Source: Selaginella moellendorffii
Taxonomy: Eukaryota > Plantae > Lycopodiophyta
Length of the DNA: 64,000 nucleotides
Assembly (NCBI RefSeq): GCF_000143415.4
Contig: NW_003314421.1
Location: 153,525 to 217,524, forward strand
Direction: 5' to 3'
How positions within the stretch are numbered: the first letter of the stretch is position 1; each line of letters begins with the position of its first letter. This document shows positions 52,762 to 64,000 of the stretch, piece after piece. The notes beneath the pieces are model-generated. The model was given only the letters and a program-made list of their open reading frames with translations. It did not search any database and was not told where the DNA came from. The position numbers were made by a program, and so were the translations under genes.

Positions 52762-53480
52762 AGTTACATGGTGAGGAAGTCCTAGAGGATAATAGGACTT
52801 AATGGTCAAGCCTTTAGACTCAGTAGTGGTGTTGACGAATATAACCATATATAAAAAAGGACTTGGTGGGGACAGTAGAAAGGATATTGGGGGAGGGTGT
52901 CCCCCATGTCTCCGGACATCCTATGTTGGTGCTAATATGTCGGTGGTCCCTTTGGGTGTTGGTTATAGGATTGAATAGGTGGAACACTTAAACCAAGTGC
53001 AAAGATTAAGTGGCATAAATGTCATTCTTAGGGCTAGCAAGTCCCCAAGTCCGAAATAGGACTTATGGAGATTGTGAGTTAGACTCCTCTATGTGGTCGA
53101 ACGTGTAGTTAAGTGACTAAAGTAAAATGGAAAATTTAGTTGTTTATAGCAAGATTATCCTTATATAGTTGAGGATGGCACTTATGAATTTGAGATTATA
53201 GAAATAGTAGTTAAGATTACCTTTAATAAAGGTTGGAACAACCCAAGGAATTTTGGGGTGTACTCAAAGGATGAGTTGGTGTTCTCATCATGGAAAGATA
53301 ATTCTAAAGTGCAAAAGTAACTTATGTAGAATAAAGAATAATTAAGTGTTAGAGTAACATTTGCAAAGATAGTCCTTGTGAATAGGATATGAATACAAAA
53401 ATTTGTATTCAAATGTGGTAGCACCTCAAAAAGTAGTTAAGAGGCTAGAACTTTACAGGATGATGGACTAACAAAGTCTA
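52762..53480 (+). mobile_element. Family-A LTR 3' part plus internal fragment
   Basis: Similar to 28265-28784 and 21430-21800. Confidence 0.75.
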
Positions 53481-55150
53481 AAAAAGTTATTTTCTTCCAT
53501 AAAAACTTTTCTATGACTTTAGTATAACATATTCTGTCATCAATGAGATGCCCACTGTTCTCATACTTCGGTGGGGAGGATGTGCTACAGTCCAATGACC
53601 AAGTTGCACACTATTGCATGAAAGCACCAATCATTGCAAAGGCTGCAGATAAGGCCCAAGGGGGTGTAGTGACAAGGGAGGAGTGTGTTGGACACCATGG
53701 CGACCAACTCCTTGTCTTGGGTACCAGGCCAGCAATGGCCCAATTGCACAGGGAAGGCTGTCTAGGTTGGGCTTGTGAGCAAGAGCATGCACTCCTTACC
53801 CTTTGCAATGATGTCCACCTTGGACAAGTCACATGCCCTTGTCCTCATCTTGGTGCTCCTCGCCTTCCTCTCCCTCCTCGGCCTCCTGCACCTCATCTCA
53901 TGCCTTCTCAATTCCCTCTCAATAGCTCTGTGCTCCATTGACCTAATTCTCCTGACATCATTGGAACCAACCTTCATGCTTTTATTTACAATCTTCTTCT
54001 TTACCTTTAGCTAAAGGTCCAATACCCAATCTCAATTCTAAGAGATAAGAACACAGGTAATGTCGAAAGTTATGAGCTAAGTTTTATCCTATTTTTTTCC
54101 TTTTTCCAAATAGGACATTCAAAATAAAAAGGCAAATTTATAAATTTAGACAATTTATATTTAAAGCTATTAATGGTTTGAACTTAGATTTTAGTGTTGG
54201 GCATAAAAACATTGTAAATCACGTCCATATCAAAACCATTGTGTGCAACTGGTTTTTAGACATGGTTTTTCTAACAAAAACCATTGTGATTGTCCTTGTG
54301 GCTGAAAATCAGTTCATACCTTAAGTTTGCATATCGGGTAGACATAGAGCACTTGTACAGTGACAAGAAGGAAGCAGCTGCATCCGATTGTCACAAGCTG
54401 CTTCCCTGCCTGCTGGAGTTGTGAATGGGTTTGCGCCTCGAGGATCAGGTGATTGTTGAAATGCTGGGGAAGTGTTGGGCCTGTTTGCAAACCACATAGT
54501 CTGGATCACATACTCAGGGACAGACAAGGTTCTTCTTGCCGACAGCTGATTCTGCTGCGAGTCTAAAGTTTATGTTGTGAGAATAGCGATCCATGGAAAC
54601 AAGAGTGTTTTGGAGGTCTGTGGTAGTCCATGTGGCAGAGGTACTCGCTCGGATCCCTTGCAGGTGACTGGCGTGCCTAGAGTGCTGCCCATTGTCCATG
54701 CGCAAAGCGTTACCCAAAGTTCCAAGAGCATAGCGGCGCCCCAAGATTATACCTGCTATACAGGCCTGAGCCAAGCCAAGTGCTATGACCAAGCGGGACT
54801 CGTGGCAAAGGTTGGGATATAGAAGCGCACATCCCTCCAATGTTTCACTCTCTCGTTTGCTAGGCCGGGCCGAATTGCTCTCACTCCGCACGGTGAGGAA
54901 TGGAATCCATTTTACTCTTGAGTGAAAAGTAGATAGTTTTTAAATTTACACTCTGAATCAATTTCGACATGAAGACCTCGATGAAGCCCCACTTACTCTG
55001 CACCGTCTTTGTTGCAGATAACATCCCTGGCTTCATATGCCGCTAACGGTGGTTGTAGCCAGGCCTCGCAGGCTTTCGAGAAGATGGCATGGACGTGGTT
55101 TCAGGCAAGTGTGTTACCATGATGTTCTCCCAAACTTTTCAAAGCTTTAT

Positions 55151-56490
55151 TTACATTGAGGAACCTCGCAACCAAGAGCTTGCAATCGCCCAACAATCCA
55201 TCTCTCTCGCCTGGAGCAGCACATACAAGAGTATGGCACAAACACATCCCACCGCGAGATTGGATCCCTGCGAGATGGCAATGCAGCAGAGCATCACAAA
55301 CAAGTCCCTCCTACTAGTTTGATCCGGGCACGCCATCGCCAGCTCCACCCCGGAGAAGAGCAGCAAGATCCCCAGCAGTCCCACTGGAAAAGCTGGCAGA
55401 ATTCTCACCAGTGAGCCTCCCAAGAGAAGCCCCAACACAAGCTTGCCACCGCTACCCCACTCGTGGCTCCGAAACGATACTGCCCGGCCAGTTCTCCAGC
55501 GCCATGGCAAACCGGGAGAGCTCCAAACCAGCAGCCCACCAAGTTCATGAGCCCCACGCTCACCGAGACTTTGGTCGGAGTCACGGAGTCCTTCTTGGCC
55601 GGGAAGAGATCGCTCGAGAGCTTGCAAACCGCCACCACCGAGTTGAAGATAGTGAGAGGGAGCTGCGGGATGGCGGCTCTCACAAACCGTCTTCCAGTCG
55701 TGGGAAGAGATTCGAGTGATCCGTGGCGTGGCCGGGCCAAACTGGAGCTCCTTGAGAATGTGTGGCCTCCTCACGAACGCCAGGATGATCCCGAGCACGA
55801 ACACTGCCAAGGCAGTCGGGATCCTCTGGAAAAACTTCACGAGCTTTGACGATCTCGCTTGATGTTCTTCACGGTGCTCTTCATGATCATCGTGATGACG
55901 ATCACCTTCACTGTTCGTCACGAAGTACTCGTAGCCCTCGCCAGATCTATTCACCAGCACGATGAATGCGAAGCAAATCACTGCGAGGAGAATTCCATCC
56001 AAGCCCAGGCATGGTCGATCACCCATTGCCTTGTCCCTAGAGAGATTTTGATCCTTCATCACGTACGTGACAGCCTTGACCGCGAAAGAGCCCATGCGCA
56101 AGCTGGATGCCACGAACCACCGGCAATGGCACGATCCAAGCCACGACCCGTGATCAAGCCCGTGGTTCCAAGCACAAACACGATCGCAGACACAGTGATC
56201 CCCGCGGCCATGATCTCATCCACACTGAGATGCTTGGATTCGGTGAAGGCCACCGCCGCGATGGATTTCATGGGCTGGACAGGCATTGGCACGCCAAAGA
56301 GCACGCTGGTGAGAACGTTGTAGATGCCCGTGGCGATGAGAGACCAAGATCCATGCCATTGACGAGAGCTACAGCCATGACGATTGGGATGAATGTGCCC
56401 AGGTCGCCCAGCGAGCCGCTGAGCTCCTGCCATGGCCGCCTGCACTGGAGATTGCCGCGCAGCCCTGTGCCATCACTGCGCCACTGACCT
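55151..56490 (-). pseudogene. MOT1: Molybdate transporter (MOT1 family) pseudogene, near full-length, at least 4 frameshifts
   Basis: GDLGTFIPI, FGVPMPVQPMKSIAAVA, AIPQLPLTIFNSVVAVC, PVCHGAGELAGQYRFGA, FPVGLLGILLLFSGVELA in alternating frames. Confidence 0.9.
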
Positions 56491-56713
56491 CCAAGAACCC
56501 TAAATTTATATAGTCCAAAAGCTGGCTCTTGTATGGAAATGAGCAAAGAATTTTCTCTTTAATCATACATGATGATCTGTCAAAGAATACCCTCTTTAAT
56601 CACGGAATCTACACTCACACTAGTTTCAAACAAAATTGCTACTATTTGCTAGTAGAATTCCTAGAATCTACACTTAAAGCTTGTTCTAGCACAACACCAT
56701 GAGATCTTTGTCC

Positions 56714-57080
56714 TCAATTTCTAGACTTTGCTCCCAGCAAAGCAATCCACCATGCAGCAGTAACCTTGCCTCGATCCTTGGTAGTGGCGAGATGCCCTTC
56801 TTGGGCGTGTGCCAAGAACATAATGACCCACAAGTGGCAATCGCGTCGCTCCATGGAGTCAAACACTGCTCGCGCGCTGGATCTTGCCCAGCTTGCCATA
56901 CCGAAGGATGACGAGATTAGAGAGGTAGCAGCAATCGCCAGGCAGCATTTGCTTCTGGGCGATCTCGATCCAGGAATGGGCATCGATCGCCTGCGAGGAA
57001 TTGGTCGCAGAAGTGATGAGATCCACACACTCGGACTTGGACAGCATCAGTTTCTCTCGACACCGAAGCTAGCCTCTCAC
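56714..57080 (-). pseudogene. PPR fragment, duplicate of 34330-34780 with a further deletion
   Basis: Near-identical sequence; AVFDSMERRDCHLWVIM. Confidence 0.75.
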
Positions 57081-57472
57081 GAGATTAGAGAGAAGGGAGA
57101 GATTAGGGAAATTCTCGATGGCATCCTTCCAAAGTAGCGCTTCCCGGATCCCCTAGCTTGGTTTGTTCATTCTAGTGAGCCAACGCATTGCAAAGAGCTT
57201 TTCCTAGCTGCCTTCAAACAGTTTCCTTAGACACTATAGATAGGAATAGAAATAAAGTGTGTAACTTGTGAACCTTAAAGTGAAATAAAAATGACACTAC
57301 AAATATGGCAATGGCTAAGCAAACATCTAAACGTACAACCTTCCACTGTTTCCCCAGTCTTGCAAGTGTTTGGGGAGCAATCTTGTTTGAACATTTACCC
57401 CAAAGATGAATTGGCGAGTAAGATTACTCACCTAGACACCTAAAGTAGTAAGAAACAAATGTATATAAATGA

Positions 57473-58034
57473 ATAGCATGAGGCCTCATGCCAAGAAAAT
57501 GACTTCATCCCTCCATAATACCTTAATCCAATCTACAAATGGATGGTGTCCAACCTCACACAAAAACATTAGTGTGAGGCCTCACACCAAGAAAAAAAGC
57601 CCACCCACCTCCTCTAGCCTAGTTTCTCGACACCAATCTCCTTTGCATGCATGTTTATTGCATAAGTGAATAAGATTGTCATCAAGAAACTGAGCAATCT
57701 AAGTGTGAGGCCTCATGCTAGTAACTCCATCAACACATTGTGACTGGACTCATGCTTAAGGATTAGCATGAGGCCTTATGCTAAAGTGCTAAAAAGATTT
57801 TTGTTTGTCTAGTTTCTTGAACGTCTGTCCATGGGACAAGTAATATTATTATCAAGGAATTGGCAAACACACCCCATCCATTCCTAAGTGTGAGGCCTTA
57901 TGCTAATAACCTCCTATAGAATTACCTCCACTACCCCTTTCATACACCCCATCCATTCTTGAGTCCTCATGCTATTAACCTGCTATAGAATTACTTCCAT
58001 TACCCCTTTTACTTAGCATGAGGCCTCACACTAA
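57473..58034. repeat. Cluster of variant 22-bp palindromes TTAGCRTGAGGCCTCAYGCTAA
   Basis: Copies at 57473, 57569, 57700, 57763, 57885, 58013 plus partial ones. Confidence 0.9.
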
Positions 58035-58097
58035 GATCCATTCTCTCCCATTTCAAAAATATTTTAAGTAATTCTAATAAGTTCTTTCATGTTTCTA

Positions 58098-58926
58098 GGC
58101 CCAGCATGATTAGGAGAGTGAGGGCGATGAAGACAAGGTACAACACAAGAGACAAAAAGTGACAAGTGATGAAATTCAAGACAAGAGTCCTTCCTCATCA
58201 TGAAAAGAAGAAGAAGATGATGATGAACCACCACAGAAGAGGGTTACATGTGAACTTTGGAGCAAGGTTGCAAGCAATAATGCATGGACGAGCCAGGGAC
58301 AAAAACCTCGATACAAAGCAAGAAAAAAAAGTGTCACACACTAAATAAACCAAGAGATGGTAGAAATGAAGGCTCCAAAGAGAGGAGCAAAAGGGTGAAA
58401 TGATGACAGCACAGTTACAACAATAGGGGTGAAAAAAAAGACTAGTATCGACAGGACACCCTTGTTGAAGTACAAACACTACTACTTCAACGATCAAACA
58501 ATCTACGAACTCCTAATGTCTTAGTGCATCATTGATGCAGCTCTTTGTCCACGATGCCCTCAAGGAGCTGATGATTGTACAAGAGAACTCAGTGGATCTA
58601 GGTGATGCAATCCCAATCACTATGGACAAGGATGTTTGGACATTTGTCGAAAGGATAAGCAAGGAAATAACAAAAAATCCAACAGTCAAATTCATTGTCA
58701 TGTCTAGGCAGTACTTGACAAAAGCAATGCAAGAGATCTCTTCTGATCTGATATACACGAAGAAGATGCAGTCAAAATTCTCAATATGATATTTCTAAAT
58801 CATGAAGGGGTCAACACCACAGGATACCATTATTGAGATATCCAATCTTGTGAACACAAAGGCAAAGAACTAGCACAAAAGTAGCCTCAATGACAAACTT
58901 GTACATAGTCACCACAACTAAGAGAG
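58098..58926 (+). pseudogene. Diverged, decayed homolog of the ParB-like region of the 4764-10201 gene; truncated by an LTR
   Basis: DLGDAIP~DIADVIP; KFIVMSRQYLTKAMQEI~RFYAVSGQHSSLAMQEI; IMKGSTPQDTIIEISNLVN~LIKGNSPLRSIIYISHAQN; HKSSLNDKL~YKSGLHETL. Confidence 0.85.
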
Positions 58927-60770
58927 TGTAAGTGACTAATTTTTCTATTCTACTTTAGTCATTTAACCACACCTTCGACTACTTGGAAGAGTCTTATTCA
59001 CAACCTCCATAAGTCCAATTTAGGATTTGGGACTTAGTAGCCCCGAGAATGGCATCCATGCCACTCAACCTTTAGACTTGGTCCAAGTGCTCCATATGTC
59101 CAGTCCCATAATCAACACCCCAAGGTACCACTAACATACTAGCTCGTTACGCTAAGGCCATGCCTATTCAACTTGGTCACACTGGTGGTTTAACACCACT
59201 TGTATCGTAGTCCCATCTTTCAAAGACTGGGCCATCCATCCATGAGAGACCATCCAATATCCATTCCCTAGCATCCTTAAGATGCCCACAGACATGGGGA
59301 ACAACCTTCCCCAATATCCCTTTTACAGTCCCCACCAAGTCCCTTTTCTATCCATGGCCGTGTTCGCCAACATTGCCACTGGAACAAGGCTCATAAGCTC
59401 GACCACTAAGTCCCACTATCCTTTAGGACTTCTTCACCACATGACCGTATCCTTGGTCATTACACCAGAGGACCACTCCTCTTCCTTTCCATAGTCTGGG
59501 ACTTTGGGACAATATTTTAGAACATCATGGCCCTATGCAAGCCTCATGGGTACTCTCCCCACCTTCTGCCTTTGGGTGCTCTAGCTATGGGCTTAGAGTG
59601 AGGTTCCGTTAAGCCACGCCAAGTATCCAAGTAGGTAGTGCCACCCACGCTTGGACTAGGAGCATCGACCATTTGATCTCCAAGGGGAACTAGAGTTGGC
59701 TCTTAAACACTTCACCAAGTTACCTTGCTTATCAGTCCGTATTCACTCTAACTTTGGACTTCCCAGTGGTTATCTCATCACCCAATAGCTGGGCTTAGCC
59801 TTCTTGGGCCAAACTGGCCTTTCCTAGCCAAATTGGCTCCATTAGGGTCCAACCCCCACACTCTCCCTACTATACTTTTGAAACCCCCCCCTCTTGGGGG
59901 ACGATTGCTTTGGGCTTTCACCCAACATTCTGTATTAGTATTTAGACCCGGACTTGGACTCGGACTTGGTCTCAGACTCGGTCTCGGTCTCAGTTCCATC
60001 TCAGACTCCATCTCGGACTCCATCTCGGGTCCATCTTGGATTTCATCTCGGGTCCATCTCGGACTCCATCTTGACTCCATCTCAGGTCCGTCTCGGACAC
60101 CATCTCGGGTCCATCTTGGACTCCATCTCGGGTCTATCTTGGGTCCATCTCAGACTCCATCTCAAACTCCATTTTGAGTCCATCTCGGACTCCTTCTTGG
60201 ACACTTCTATATGTCATGTGTTGGTCCTCTTGTGTCCCTTTTCTAGAGACTCACTTATTACTCACTTCATGCTTGTTCCTCAAGCACTTCGTTGGGAGTT
60301 CCACTCCCACTCTCGACCTTTTAAGTTGGACCTTTTAGTCCAAACATATTACGCTTATTTGGCTCTCGCTTCAGCCACTACCACATGGCACCCTTTTGGC
60401 TCCACTTTGGGGCTTAGGGATTTGTGTTTCACAACTCCACCACCCATATATGAAGTTCGACGTCTTCATCGAATGATAAATTATTTTATAAAGTAATACT
60501 AATATGTATTACCCTTTCCATCCTTGGCACCTAGCCAATATTCGTTAATGGTTTGACACCGAAGGCTCATTATGTGTTGTCCATCCTCCAAGAAGCATGG
60601 TCTCTCTAACATAAAGACTCGATCGACCACCTGTGGTGGTTCTCTCCCTTTCATTGGTTTAGTTCTTGCTAAATTTGTTTGAGACTCTTCCTCTATCTCA
60701 ATCCCACTACTTATTCTCGAGTAGTCTCAACTTCTATCGATATAACCATTCCACTTTGGAACTTTTGACA
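58927..60770 (-). mobile_element. Family-A 3' LTR (58927-60433) with PPT and adjacent internal sequence
   Basis: Reverse complement of 24780-28784 without the nested solo LTR. Confidence 0.85.
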
Positions 60771-61219
60771 AAAATTCAACAGTCAAAAGGGAAACTTTGT
60801 TACATCTGTGGACGTAGTTTAATATGCCAACTATAAGGGCAAGAGATATCAATCAAATGAAGTACTTACATGGCTGCTTGTAAATAATCAAACAGAAGAG
60901 AAGGAAATGTTTTAAGAGAGACACCTAAGCTCAGGCTAAATACATATATATGGATTTACTATATATGACTATACATGAATTTAAAATAACTGAAATAATA
61001 ATAATTATGTCTTTTTAAACTAAATTTCTTAAATAAACTTAAATATGGATTGTTGTGCACTCAACGTTGTCAACACATTATCTATGCCGTTTCCCTTACT
61101 GTCACCAATAGAGAATCCAGTCACCTACCAAAGGAAAACCAGAATCGTAAGACTCTCTTGGTATCAAAGTCTAGCTGAATCGCACCTGGAAAGCCTCCTT
61201 TACCACTAAATACTGGTGA

Positions 61220-63901
61220 TCACATCTCTCTCGTACACTTTTTGGTATGCCTTACAGCTGCAATCTGCTCGATCATACCAAAATTGGAGCCGATAATAAC
61301 ACTCGAGGCGTATATATCCATCGGATTAGACTTTTGATATGAGAGAGCTGATGAATTGTCCTTGTCCGAGAAAAATACGTATCCAAAGTTCGTTCGAGCA
61401 TACTCTACAAAAAACAAAAATTAAAAATAAACGAAAAATGTATAACGTATGGACTTACTTTCATCGCCAGGCTGCTCATTGTCCTTGATAGCAATCAGTC
61501 TTCGGACGTCACTCTTAACATTTCGAACGACTTCCGACCAATCCGCAATGGCTGGCTTAAGAGGGTCTCCAGAGCACTTGCTTTGGATGTACAAAAGAAA
61601 TGGCTCCAAATCAATGCCTTTTACTTCCTCGAGTATCAGGAAGGTATCAGCCCCTCTGTTCCGAGGTCCACACATGGCCCAAGTCCCTGACCTTTGAACC
61701 TCCTCCTTTGAGCCTGGACTACTGTGTTTGATCCGAAACCAAAAAACTAAAAACAAGAACATACCTGGACTCAGTTGCTTGATTGAAACTGGAAAAGTGG
61801 GGAACCTGAACTTTCGGTTCTTCAGATTGTCAGGGATGTACCAATCGCAAGGCAACACGTCTGCCAGCATGAAGGTGTCTGAACCCCCCGATAGTAACTG
61901 CAAATAACAACATGTTAGTAACCGAGACTATGAAAGACTATGAACGTAGAATTCACATACCTTATGAATGTAGATGCTGAAGATCAGAGACAACAAATCG
62001 TTGTCTTCCTTCTGCTTCCAATCATCCGTTGACATTGTTGTCAAATCAAAAGTTGTAGAGCCAAAAAGGTCCTCCCGCTGGAGTGTTAGCTTATGCAGTA
62101 ACACAGGTGAAAACTCCACCAGAGCCTTTTCTCCGTCAAGAACCACAGCCACTACTCCACAACTCTCCAGAGCTTCCCATGTCAAAACATTCTCTCCTGG
62201 AAAGGCCTGCAGCAGAACCGGTCCATTCCTTGAGACATGCTCACGAAGCATCGATGCTTGAATTGCTCGTAAGAAATAAGAAAATCTCTCATCCCCGGCA
62301 AAGCCATTGTAATACTTGAATCTTCTGCATAGGCTCCACACACGATCCAGAATCCGCCTTACTTTGTCTCTCAGGAAGGGCTCCTGAATTCTCAGCGCAA
62401 GGTTGTCAATGTCAAGGGCCATGTCTGGGTCATCTGAAGCCAAAGCCTGAACCATGAAGGTAATCAACCTCGGATTCCCTCCGCTCAGCTTGCACAACAG
62501 CTGCATGCCATCATTTAAAGCGTGAAGTTCTTCACGGTTTGAAGTCCTCAGCACCTTGTTAAAGACTTGCAACACCAGCTTCTCCCGATCGCTGCTGCTG
62601 AGAGGGTTGACAGGAATATAAATCACTTCAGATGATCCAGTGTCACCGCTCTCTCTCAAAGATGCCGCTGTGAAAAGGTTGGTCGCTCCGAGCATAGTGA
62701 CAAACGTTTTGCCACCCACGTTGCTGTACTTCCAAACTATGAACTCCCGAAACACTTTCTGAACAAGGACGTTGTTCCTCCCAATCTCATCAAAGAAGAA
62801 CGACAGGAAAATGTTTTGGTCTCCGAGCTCGCAGACTTCTCGCAACAAAGCTATCACGTCATCAAACAGGAGGAACTTCTTCAAATCAGGTGCTTTGGCA
62901 TCAACAACAGCGACAAGCTCTTGGTAAAAAAAACACGTCCAAGTCCCAGTATCTTTTCTGATGTTATCTTGGCCATCTGCTCTAGAAACAGCTGCATGCA
63001 AAGTCCTCAGGGCCAAAACCTGAGCATCACCCAGCCCGGCCTCACCAATGAAAGTTGAAATAAAATCATGGTACATGACCACGTCGAGATGTTCAACGGT
63101 GCTCATCATGGCATCCCACGGTCGCACCTCATCGATTGATGTATCGAAAAGCGAGGCAAGTTGTTGAATCCTTAGCCCTGGATCACTCTGTTGCCTTCTC
63201 ATCTCAATGAGTATTTGTGGGAGTGCCTTGCCAAATGATGTTTTTCCCGCACCCGGGAATCCAACCACACCCATTATATGGTGGAGGCGCCTAAACACAT
63301 CCCAGTCTGTGTGTTGATTGCTCATGAATTGCTTGTACAACAGCCAGTTACCCCTGAGCAATGCATCCACAGTCTTCTCTCGTCCAACAATGGGAAACTG
63401 CTGCCCGATGTCCTTCAGAGACAAGCCAGTTGGCAAAGAAGATAATGAATCCCTTTCAAGGCATTTTCTGTACATGCGGGCATGCTTAAGACGAGGTCCA
63501 AAGAGCTCCTTCAGCTTGGCAATCCGATCACGGGCGTTTGACCAATCAACTCCACTAGAGGGAATGAGCTGCTGACGGAGCTGCTTCTCCTTCTCCATCC
63601 AGTGCTTCTGAAGCTCACGGAGCTGGTTCTCCTTCTCACGGAGCTGCTTTTTCTCCTCCATCCAGTGTTTCTGAAGCTCACCCTGCGTGGAATCCACCTT
63701 CTGGTCAGCGCGCTCCACCTTCTGCTCAACCTGCTCAATCGCTTGTTGCACGGCCCTGATCTCCGATTCCACTTCCTCAATCTGCTGCTGAATCGATCGC
63801 TCAGGCCCATCCGCCCTTTGCCGCTTCCCAGCCCTGATATCTGATTCCAATTCTTCCCCATCCGCCCTTGGCGGCTTCCCATGAGACTGCTCTCGCACCA
63901 T
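61220..63901 (-). CDS. Crinkler/CR-type protein: coiled coil, P-loop NTPase, PD-(D/E)xK nuclease-like domain (~837 aa, 4 exons)
   Basis: Exons 63901-61961, 61897-61765, 61713-61459, 61404-61220 splice in frame; Walker A GFPGAGKT, Walker B FFFDE, SGGNPRL, NRGAD...IQSK. Confidence 0.8.
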
Positions 63902-64000
63902 GGCGGAACCCTAACCTAGGTACTCTGTTTTTTAGGGTTCTAGCCGTAGAATGGGACATTGTGCGAGGCGAGCTGCATTCGATGTGAGGTTGATAGAAAA

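Noticed and set aside
53490-55090. Several short ORFs, possibly a LINE endonuclease remnant and an unknown gene fragment
   Set aside because: Too disrupted to assign without a database search

Overview
Repeat-dense land-plant genomic DNA. Very short GT-AG introns (47-57 nt), TTTAGGG seeds, PLS-type PPR fragments and a Crinkler-like gene suggest a Selaginella-like lycophyte (inference). Most of the window is nested, decayed retroelements: three L1-clade LINE segments plus a full-length copy with a 16-bp TSD, two Ty3/gypsy LTR families with a 12-bp minisatellite, Cassandra-type TRIMs with 5S rRNA sequence in their LTRs, and Copia and Penelope-like RT fragments. It also holds duplicated MOT1/PPR pseudogene fragments and an intact 4-exon coiled-coil + P-loop NTPase + PD-(D/E)xK gene. 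The standout region is ~4.4-17.1 kb, a large DNA-transposon-like unit. It pairs a ~1000-aa DDE transposase with a divergently transcribed ~1,580-codon multi-exon gene that joins a ParB-like domain, a degenerate amino-methyltransferase-like fold, an acidic linker and an FCP1/HAD phosphatase domain. The unit carries ~30 copies of a 22-bp palindrome (ATGGCRTGnGGCCnCAYGCCAT) concentrated in introns, the intergenic region and beside stop codons. A second, diverged ParB-like remnant at ~58.1-58.9 kb is preceded by its own variant palindrome (TTAGCRTGAGGCCTCAYGCTAA), suggesting a co-evolving protein/binding-site system. Domain calls are from motif reading only. No element termini were found, and a 100-N gap lies between the two genes.
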